Positions 18,282-25,796 of a DNA stretch of 64,000 nucleotides are shown here, piece by piece. The position numbers were made by a program, and so were the translations under genes. The stretch covers positions 52,835 to 116,834 of the forward strand of contig JBKBYA010000011.1 in the NCBI GenBank assembly GCA_046313635.1. The letters are read 5' to 3'. Position 1 is the stretch's first letter, and every line of letters begins with the position of its first letter. Source of the DNA: Pyrinomonadaceae bacterium (GTDB lineage: Bacteria; Acidobacteriota; Blastocatellia; Pyrinomonadales; Pyrinomonadaceae). The notes beneath the pieces are model-generated. The model was not told the DNA's origin and searched no databases. It worked only from the letters and a program-made list of their open reading frames with translations.

Positions 18282-18920
18282 ATGGCAAAAACCTATCCGT
18301 ACACAATTTCGAACAAACAGATCGGGCCGTTTTTGGCCAAAATTAGAAGTGCTACTAAACCTGAGCGTCTGAGTCAGCAGATTCTCAGGAATTGGGGTTT
18401 CACAGCGTCCAACGACAGGGCGTTACTCCGAATACTCAAGGGCCTTGGATTCGTGAATGAAAACGGCATTCCGACCGAGCAGTATAATCGGCTAAAGGAC
18501 GGGACGGACTGGAAGAACGTGCTCGGTGAACAAGTTAGAGAGCTTTATTCCGACCTGTTTGCCACTGACACTCAGATTCACAAGGCCCCGGATGACGAAG
18601 TCAAAGGGGCGTTTAGCCGCATAACGGGACAAGACGACGCAACAGTCAATCGCTATTTCGGGACATTTAAGGCCTTGGCGGCCCAAGCGAACCTCGATGG
18701 GAACACCAAGAAACGAGCGGTACAGGTTGAGGATGTTTCCGGTGATCAATTAGAAAGCCGCGAGCACGAGCAGGAGTCAAACTTCACTAGAGAACCAAGT
18801 GAGCATCGGAGGTCTCCGCACTCGTTTCATTACAATATCCAGATACACCTACCGGCTACCAACGACATCTCCGTTTACAACGCGATCTTCAAGAGTGTGA
18901 AAGACCACTTATTGGATTAA
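18282..18920 (+). CDS. DUF5343-like protein
   Basis: AGGAG RBS. 'YPY...FLAKIRSATKPERLSQ..L..WGF..SNDR..L.ILK.LGF' and C-terminal 'HYNIQIHLP' match my recollection of DUF5343. Confidence 0.7.
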   Translation: MAKTYPYTISNKQIGPFLAKIRSATKPERLSQQILRNWGFTASNDRALLRILKGLGFVNENGIPTEQYNRLKDGTDWKNVLGEQVRELYSDLFATDTQIHKAPDDEVKGAFSRITGQDDATVNRYFGTFKALAAQANLDGNTKKRAVQVEDVSGDQLESREHEQESNFTREPSEHRRSPHSFHYNIQIHLPATNDISVYNAIFKSVKDHLLD

Positions 18921-18924
18921 AGCC

Positions 18925-19491
18925 ATGGATAAGTTAAAGCGGTTCGTATTTGATGGCCTTCTTCTCAGTGACACGTTTCAGCAATTGAGAGAGAGCGGAG
19001 TGGCGGTAGAAGTCGGTACAGATGATCAGGTAATTGCAAGAATCGAGGAACGTAGTTTCAGCCCTCGAATTACGCATAATGCAAATCAGATGGCGGCTGT
19101 TTTTATTGCATTCTTTTGCATCGAGAACGCCGCTCGTGAGCTGATCTCTGAGCGCATGCTCGATAGACAGGGCGCTGGCTGGTGGGAGAAGGTACCAATT
19201 AAAATAAGAAATGCGGTCGAAAGGCTAAAAGAGAAGGAGGAACAAAATCGCTATCACACTAGCCGTTCAGTTGATCTTATTGGCTACACTCTATTCGGCA
19301 ACCTTGCGCAAATAATAATTGCGAATTGGGAGGACTTTTCTGACTTATTTCCGAACCAGGCTTGGGTTACTTCACGGTTCCATGATTTGGAAATGTCACG
19401 AAATATAATCATGCACACTGGGCTCCTTCCTCAAATCGAAATCGAGAGAGTGGAGAGCATCGCTAGAGATTGGATAAGACAAGTTGGGTAG
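18925..19491 (+). CDS. Swt1-like HEPN domain protein (putative RNase)
   Basis: 'FCIENAARELI', 'WW', 'LAQIIIANWEDFSDLF' and the HEPN R-X4-H motif RNIIMH. Confidence 0.75.
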   Translation: MDKLKRFVFDGLLLSDTFQQLRESGVAVEVGTDDQVIARIEERSFSPRITHNANQMAAVFIAFFCIENAARELISERMLDRQGAGWWEKVPIKIRNAVERLKEKEEQNRYHTSRSVDLIGYTLFGNLAQIIIANWEDFSDLFPNQAWVTSRFHDLEMSRNIIMHTGLLPQIEIERVESIARDWIRQVG

Positions 19492-19531
19492 TTTAGTGCA
19501 GATGGCACGCCAAGACGAGCCATAAGAGCAG

Positions 19532-19566
19532 CAAGACGCCGGTGGGAGCCGGCGTTTTGTTTTTTG
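19532..19566 (+). terminator. intrinsic terminator closing the DUF5343-HEPN unit
   Basis: CAAGACGCCGG-TGGGAG-CCGGCGTTTTG followed by a T-run. Confidence 0.7.
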
Positions 19567-19697
19567 ATGGGTGTGGCAGAGGGTTTTGGATGTTGCGGTG
19601 AGATGGACCTGGCTTCGCGGCTGGCGGTTGGGTGGTGGTCGGGCGTTGGGTACGCGTAAATTTGGCTGTGGAGGCTGGGAGGGCGGGTTTTATTGGA

Positions 19698-19746
19698 TTT
19701 GTCTTTTGTCTTTTGTCCTTTGTCTTTTGTTTTTGGTTTTTGGTTT
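19698..19746 (+). repeat. heptamer tandem array (TTTGTCT-like x7)
   Basis: tttgtct tttgtct tttgtcc tttgtct tttgttt ttggttt ttggttt, within a G/T-skewed intergenic stretch. Confidence 0.85.
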
Positions 19747-19875
19747 TTTTGGTGGTCTCGTCGGGGTCGGCGGGGCTTTTGATTTTTGGGGTGGGGGGCC
19801 GGTAGCAGGCGTCTGAACTGTGGGTGTAGACTTATTGGCACAGACGGGGCGGCCGTTTGCGGGGCCGGAGATCGG

Positions 19876-22017
19876 ATGTACTCTCGACAAATATTCAAAA
19901 AAGCAGGCACATTGTTAACGGCGGTCGCCGGTTTGGCGGCCGTTATTTTTGCGGGAATGGCGGGCGTGGCGGCGGCGCAGTCGGCGGGGGCGTTCGACCC
20001 TTCGTTCGGCACGGGCGGCAAGGTGTACGCGGTGCCGGCAAACTTTATGCCCGCGCAGGACGTCGCGGTGCAGGCCGACGGCAAGATCGTTCTCGTCGGC
20101 TCGAGCACGGGGCCCGACGGGACGTCGGACTTCGGCGTCGTGCGGCTCAACGCGAACGGCTCGGTCGATACTTCGTTCGGGACGGGCGGGCTGATCCGCT
20201 TTGCCTTCGACACCGGCGCGAGCGAGTCGGCGACGGCGGTCGCCATCACCAGCGGCATCATCTTTGTCGCCGGCAATGTCGAATTCGGCGCGGCGTCGTG
20301 GGACATCGGCGTCATCAAGCTACTCGCGAACGGCACCGTTGACGCGAGCTACAACGGCGGCGCGGGCAAGGCCAAGATCGATATGGGCGGCGAAGAGTTT
20401 GTCAACGACATCGCCATCCAAACGGACGACAAGCTCGTCCTCACGGGCACGACGCGTTCGACGCCGAACACGGACGTCGCCGTCATCAGGCTCAACTACA
20501 GCGGCACGCTCGATACGACATTCAACGGCACGGGCAAGATCTTTATCGGCATCGGCTCGGGCAACAACGACGGCGGCACCGGCCTCGCGCTGCAGCCGGA
20601 CGGCAAGATCGTCGTCGCGGGATACACGCGCGAGCAGAGCCGCGGGTACTTTTTGGCGGTGAGGCTGACGACGGGCGGAGTACCGGACTTCTCTTTCAGC
20701 TCGTTGGGCTTTAGGCAGACGGCGGTCGGGACGCAATTCGACCGCGCAAACGCCGTCGCCGTACAGGCCGACGGAAAGATCGTGCTCGCCGGCACGACAA
20801 ACAGCGGCTCGGGCGACGAGTCGGCCTTTGTGAGATACAACACCGACGGCACGCTCGACAATTCGTTCGACGGCGACGGCAAGCTCGTCGTCGACGTGCG
20901 GCCGGGCAATTCCGAAGCGATGCGTTCGGTCGTCGTGCAGGCCGACCAAAAGATCGTCGGCGTCGGCGCCGGCGGCGGGGCGTACATTCTCGTCCGCCTC
21001 AACGCCAGCGGCGCGCTCGATACGCAGTTCGGCACGGGCGGCAAGGTCGCCGCTCAGGTCTCGCCCGGGCCGAGCGGCGCCAACCGCGGCATCCTGCAGC
21101 CGGACGGCAAGATACTCGCTGTCGGCGACGGGAGCGACAATTCGGGCGGATTCGGGTACACGGCGGCGAGATTCCTGACGCGGCCTTTGGCGCAGAATCA
21201 GTTCGATATCGACGGCGACGGCAAGGACGACATCGGCGTCTATCGCCCCGGCCCGCGAGAGTGGTGGTTCATCCGCAGCAGCACGGGCGCGGTCGGCGTC
21301 GAGAGCTGGGGTATCGGCGGCGTCATCGCGCCGGCCGACTACACCGGCGACGGCAAGATGGACCTCGGCGCCGTCAACGTGGCGGCCGGCGTTTACGGAT
21401 ACCGCCGGAGCGAGAACTACGGCCAATTCCTCGTCTTCGTGCCAAACTCGGGCAATACCAAACCGGTGCCCGCCGACTATGACGGCGACGGCCACGCCGA
21501 CATTGCCGTCGTCAACGACTCACGCTCTTGGTACGTGATCCCGTCGGGCACGGGCGCCGCGTACACGAGGTTATTCGGCGCGGCCGACGACATCGCCACG
21601 CCGGCCGACTTTGACGGCGACCGCATCGCAGACGTTTCGATATTCAGGCCGTCCAGCGGCGAATGGTGGATCGATCGCTCGGCGGCGGGGCTGATCGTGA
21701 TCACATTCGGCGCGAGCGGCGATCGTGCGGTCGCCGCCGACTACACCGGCGACGGCAAGGCGGACATCGCCGTGTACCGGCCGTCGAGCGGCGTCTGGTA
21801 CATCCTGCGAAGCGAGGACCTGAGCTATTACGCCTTCCCTTTCGGCATCTCGACCGACATTCCCGTGCCGGCCGATTACGACGGCGACGGCCGCATCGAC
21901 CCGGCCGTCTATCGCCCGTCGACCTTTACCTGGTACATCCTCAAGAGCACCGGCGGCCTGACCGTGCAGACATTCGGCACGAGCGGCGACGTGCCGGCGG
22001 CAGGTTATCGGCAGTAG
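19876..22017 (+). CDS. secreted delta-60 repeat protein with C-terminal FG-GAP/VCBS-like domain
   Basis: Signal peptide, repeated 'AVQADGKIV..G...RLN.NG.LD.SFG.GG', and C-terminal 'PADYDGDG..D.AVYRPS' repeats. Confidence 0.9.
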   Translation: MYSRQIFKKAGTLLTAVAGLAAVIFAGMAGVAAAQSAGAFDPSFGTGGKVYAVPANFMPAQDVAVQADGKIVLVGSSTGPDGTSDFGVVRLNANGSVDTSFGTGGLIRFAFDTGASESATAVAITSGIIFVAGNVEFGAASWDIGVIKLLANGTVDASYNGGAGKAKIDMGGEEFVNDIAIQTDDKLVLTGTTRSTPNTDVAVIRLNYSGTLDTTFNGTGKIFIGIGSGNNDGGTGLALQPDGKIVVAGYTREQSRGYFLAVRLTTGGVPDFSFSSLGFRQTAVGTQFDRANAVAVQADGKIVLAGTTNSGSGDESAFVRYNTDGTLDNSFDGDGKLVVDVRPGNSEAMRSVVVQADQKIVGVGAGGGAYILVRLNASGALDTQFGTGGKVAAQVSPGPSGANRGILQPDGKILAVGDGSDNSGGFGYTAARFLTRPLAQNQFDIDGDGKDDIGVYRPGPREWWFIRSSTGAVGVESWGIGGVIAPADYTGDGKMDLGAVNVAAGVYGYRRSENYGQFLVFVPNSGNTKPVPADYDGDGHADIAVVNDSRSWYVIPSGTGAAYTRLFGAADDIATPADFDGDRIADVSIFRPSSGEWWIDRSAAGLIVITFGASGDRAVAADYTGDGKADIAVYRPSSGVWYILRSEDLSYYAFPFGISTDIPVPADYDGDGRIDPAVYRPSTFTWYILKSTGGLTVQTFGTSGDVPAAGYRQ

Positions 22018-22062
22018 TCGGCAGACGAGATGCCCGGGTCGTAAGACTCGGACAATTGATCG

Positions 22063-22250
22063 AACAGGATGGACAGGATCGGCAGGGCCGGTGGCGTTTT
22101 TGTCGCTGACTCGTGCAGTTCCTCTCCATCCTGTTTTGGTACTTGCCGAAAAAGATCCTTTGCGTACTCTGCGAAAAACTTTGCGTCGTCTGCGGTTGAA
22201 AATTTCCTGACAGCGAAGGGCCCGCAGCCGGGCGCAAAGGCACGCAGAGA
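22063..22250. repeat. composite nonamer-repeat element (CAGGATGGA-type plus CTTTGCG-type), copy A
   Basis: AACAGGATGGACAGGATCGGCAGG is identical to 25610-25633. An inverted TCCATCCTGTT follows, then CTTTGCG/CTCTGCG units and their complements. Confidence 0.7.
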
Positions 22251-22466
22251 TCCCCTCGAAACATCCAAATTTTTGTTGAAGTTTCAAAATTCTGTAAAGG
22301 CGTCGTTCCCGCGGCGATCGGCCGCGGGCCTCGCAACAAGTTATTTGCGAGAGAAATCAGCTAAATAAGCACGCATAATTCATCTGGCCGCAATTTTGCA
22401 CGCGCCTTTCTCAGTTTGATCAGGACACTGTAGTACGTAACGCCCACTCTAGGAGAAAAAGGTCCG

Positions 22467-23717
22467 ATGAGGTTTACGATCACTACCGCTGCGCAAGCGG
22501 GCCGGCAAACTGCGTCCATTCTTTGCCTGCTTCTCGCACTCACCTGCCTCCCCACAGGCTACGCCTTCGCACAGACCGTAACGAGCGGCACGCCGGCCGC
22601 TCCGGCGGGTGACCGCATTGCAACCGTCGATGCCGGGCCGGTGCGATTCAGTTTTGACGAGCAGGACCGCGGCGTCGTTTACGTCGAGGCCGGCGGCGTG
22701 AAGTTTCGCGTCGACCCCGCCAGCCGAACCGTGCAGACCGTGATGACATCGCCCGACGAACGGGCAGCGGCCTCGGCGGCCGCACCGGCGGCCGGCAGCG
22801 AGACAAAGCCTGACAAACTACCGGCGGCATCCGCCGAACGGCAGAATGCCGGTGAGGGCGCGTACGACTTTGACAAGGGCGAGGAGCCGTATGACTACAG
22901 GCTCGTAAACATCCCGACGCCAAAGAGCGTGCCGAAGGGCACGTGGAATCTGACCTTCACACACCGCTTCACGCAGCCAGTGCATCCGGTCGAGACCAGC
23001 GCCCGCAACCTCTTCGGGCTTGACAGCTTTGGCATCGCATCGTTTGGTCTCACCTACGGCGTGACCGACCGGCTTTGGGTCTCGGCAAGTCGCTCGCCGC
23101 TCTGCCAGCGCGGACTTTGCCGCGTGATCGAGCTCGGCGCTGGATACAACTTTCTGACGCAGGACGCCGATTCGCCGATCGCCCTGTCGGCGTACGCGAG
23201 CATCGAGGGCAACGGCAATTTTACCGAGGAGTACACATACAACCTGCAGGCCCGCGCATCGGCGCGGCTGGGAAAGCGCGTGTACCTCTTCTTTGATCCG
23301 GCGGTTCACATCAACTCGAATGGGCAAGGGCGGTTCGATCCTCGGCCCGAGCAATTCTTCCCGCCGGCGCCGGTCGCAAACACGTTCAGGCAGCCGGCGC
23401 ACACGGCGTCGTTCGGCTTCGGCGCAAGCGTGCTGATCACGCCCGACCTCGTCGCGCTCGTCGACTTTACGCCGCGTGTCGGTTTCAAGCTCGGGCGGGT
23501 GCTGCCGATCTTTGATCAGAACTTCAGGGTCACCGGTTTTCGCACCGTGTCGCACCCGACGCTCGGACTCGGGCTGCAAAAGAATATCGGCAAGCACTCA
23601 TTCGCGATCACATTCTCAAACACTCAGACGACGACCACCAGCCGGTACAACTCAAGCAACCTCGTGCTCAAGCCGCGGCGGCTGGTGATCGGATTCAACC
23701 TATCGCGGCGATTTTAG
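22467..23717 (+). CDS. outer-membrane beta-barrel protein (DUF5777-like)
   Basis: Signal peptide, 'FTHRF...LFGLD', 'HSFAITFSN' and C-terminal 'IGFNLSRRF' ending in Phe. Confidence 0.7.
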   Translation: MRFTITTAAQAGRQTASILCLLLALTCLPTGYAFAQTVTSGTPAAPAGDRIATVDAGPVRFSFDEQDRGVVYVEAGGVKFRVDPASRTVQTVMTSPDERAAASAAAPAAGSETKPDKLPAASAERQNAGEGAYDFDKGEEPYDYRLVNIPTPKSVPKGTWNLTFTHRFTQPVHPVETSARNLFGLDSFGIASFGLTYGVTDRLWVSASRSPLCQRGLCRVIELGAGYNFLTQDADSPIALSAYASIEGNGNFTEEYTYNLQARASARLGKRVYLFFDPAVHINSNGQGRFDPRPEQFFPPAPVANTFRQPAHTASFGFGASVLITPDLVALVDFTPRVGFKLGRVLPIFDQNFRVTGFRTVSHPTLGLGLQKNIGKHSFAITFSNTQTTTTSRYNSSNLVLKPRRLVIGFNLSRRF

Positions 23718-23739
23718 GCACGACGGTGCGAACGCGGGT

Positions 23740-24096
23740 ATGACGAGAGAATTTCGGTATCGATACAAGGTCGCCGCGATCTTGTCGGCGGCGTCGGCAT
23801 TCGCGGCACTTGGGCACGCCTTGCCGCCGCGAGGCACCGCTCCCGTGCAATCTAACGGGGCCGCGATCTATGCCGCCAGCTGCGCACGCTGTCACGGCGC
23901 CGACGGCCGCGCTCAGACCGCAAAGGGCCGTCAGGTCGGCGCCGTCGATCTGACAAGCGCCGAGTGGGAGCCTGACGAGGTCCGCGACAAACGCATCATC
24001 ACCAAAGGCAAAGGCAACATGCCGGCATTTGGCAAAAAGCTCAAACCCGCGGAGATCGAGGCCGTCGCGGCGTACATTCGGAAATTCAAAGGTTAA
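23740..24096 (+). CDS. monoheme cytochrome c (c6/c553-like)
   Basis: Signal peptide, CARCH and 'GKGNMPAF' axial Met. Confidence 0.9.
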   Translation: MTREFRYRYKVAAILSAASAFAALGHALPPRGTAPVQSNGAAIYAASCARCHGADGRAQTAKGRQVGAVDLTSAEWEPDEVRDKRIITKGKGNMPAFGKKLKPAEIEAVAAYIRKFKG

Positions 24097-24139
24097 GGGC
24101 CGCGGCCGTCTCGACGCGACCGATCAGGAGGAACGATCT

Positions 24140-25594
24140 ATGCGAGAGCTTAAGTTAGTACTTATCTTTGCCTTCGGCGTACTTTTTGTCTTTGTCCTCG
24201 CGGGCGAGACGAGATTTAGTCCGTCCGCGGCGGCCTACTCGACCGGACCGCCCGCGGGCCGGACAGGAGCTCCCGGCGAAGTCACCTGCATCGAATGCCA
24301 CAATTCGTATCTCGCAGAGCGGTACCTTTCGGCCGCCGGCGGCACGCGTCCGCTGACCATCATCGCTCCCGCAACGTACACGCCGGGTCAGACCTATCAG
24401 ATAACCGTGCGGCATATGTCGACCGACCCGAGCCGACGCCGCTGGGGCTTTCAGATGACGGCGCTGGCGGGAACGGCGATGGCCGGCACGTTTGCCAACA
24501 TCAATGCGACCACGCAGATCATCTCGGGCGGCTCTCGCAGTTATATCGAGCACACGCTCGACGGAACGTTTCCGGAACAGATGGGCGGAGCTCAATGGAC
24601 GGTCAACTGGACCGCTCCGGCGACCTCGGTCGGTCCGATCAAGTTCTATGCAGCGGGCAACCAAGCGGACAACAGCGGCACGCCCGACGGCGACTTTATC
24701 TCCACGGCGAATGCGACGTCGCAGCCGGCCGCACAGCAGGCCCCGCGAAGCGCGCCGTTTGATTTTGACGGGGATCAGAAGACTGACGTCGCGGTGTTTC
24801 GGCCGGGGGCGTCTGGGGCGGAGTGGTGGATCTTGCGGTCGGGCATGTCGAGCGTTTATGCGGCGCAGTTCGGGGCTTCGACGGACGCGGCGGTGCCGGC
24901 GGATTTTACGGGTGACGGCAAGGCGGACGTCGCATTCTGGCGGCCTTCGAACGGGCAGTGGTTTGTTTTGCGGAGCGAGGATTCTTCGTTCTTTGCTTTT
25001 CCGTTCGGGGCGAGCGGCGATATTCCCGCGCCGGCCGATTACGACGGCGACGGCAAGGCCGACCCGGCCGTGTACCGCCCTTCGGCGGGAGTGTGGTTCA
25101 TACTTCGCAGTTCGGATGGTCAGGTCGCGAGCGTGACCTTCGGCATCTCGCAGGACAAGCCGGTGCCGCAGGATTTTGACGGCGACGGCAAGGCCGACAT
25201 CGGCGTGTATCGTCCGAACGGCTCGTCGGGAGCCGAATGGTGGATCCTCAGATCGACGGCCGGACTGTTTGCGGCGAGCTTCGGGCAATCGACCGACAAG
25301 GCCGTCGCGGGCGACTACACCGGCGACGGCAAGGCGGACGTCGCATTCTGGCGGCCCTCGACGGGCGAATGGTACGTGATGAGAAGCGAAGATTCGTCGT
25401 TCTTTGCGTTCCCGTTCGGCACGTCGGGCGATGTGGCGGCACCGGGCGACTTCGACGGCGACGGCAAGATGGACGCCGCGGTCTTCCGCCCGTCGAACTC
25501 GACATGGTTCGTCAACAAGTCGACCGGCGGAGTGCAGATCACCCCGTTCGGCACGAACGGCGACGTCCCCGTGCCGAGCCTCGCCGTGAGATAA
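24140..25594 (+). CDS. secreted Reelin-like (choice-of-anchor V-type) protein with CxxCH and C-terminal FG-GAP domain
   Basis: AGGAGG RBS, 'STGPPAGRTGAPGEVTCIECH', 'WTVNWTAP..SVG.IKFYAAGN' and FG-GAP repeats. Confidence 0.8.
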   Translation: MRELKLVLIFAFGVLFVFVLAGETRFSPSAAAYSTGPPAGRTGAPGEVTCIECHNSYLAERYLSAAGGTRPLTIIAPATYTPGQTYQITVRHMSTDPSRRRWGFQMTALAGTAMAGTFANINATTQIISGGSRSYIEHTLDGTFPEQMGGAQWTVNWTAPATSVGPIKFYAAGNQADNSGTPDGDFISTANATSQPAAQQAPRSAPFDFDGDQKTDVAVFRPGASGAEWWILRSGMSSVYAAQFGASTDAAVPADFTGDGKADVAFWRPSNGQWFVLRSEDSSFFAFPFGASGDIPAPADYDGDGKADPAVYRPSAGVWFILRSSDGQVASVTFGISQDKPVPQDFDGDGKADIGVYRPNGSSGAEWWILRSTAGLFAASFGQSTDKAVAGDYTGDGKADVAFWRPSTGEWYVMRSEDSSFFAFPFGTSGDVAAPGDFDGDGKMDAAVFRPSNSTWFVNKSTGGVQITPFGTNGDVPVPSLAVR

Positions 25595-25609
25595 AGCGGG
25601 CGCGATTCA

Positions 25610-25790
25610 AACAGGATGGACAGGATCGGCAGGATGCGAGAGAGCCAAGCTCAAACCATCCTGCTCATCCTGTCCATCCTCTTTTGATCTCCATTGCGAA
25701 TGATCTCTGCGTCCTTTGCGGCGCACTTTGCGTTCTTTGCGGTTAAAAAAAGGAGCGTTTCACGCAAAGCTCGTGGAGCACGCAAAGGGC
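25610..25790. repeat. composite nonamer-repeat element, copy B
   Basis: CAGGATGGA/CAGGATCGG/CAGGATG with inverted CATCCTG units, followed by CTCTGCG/CTTTGCG x4 and CACGCAAAG x2. Confidence 0.75.
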
Positions 25791-25796
25791 CGCCGG

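Noticed and set aside
19431..20336. 301-aa and 66-aa minus-strand ORFs with KTKDK repeats
   Set aside because: They are shadows of the delta-60 gene plus the low-complexity heptamer tract.
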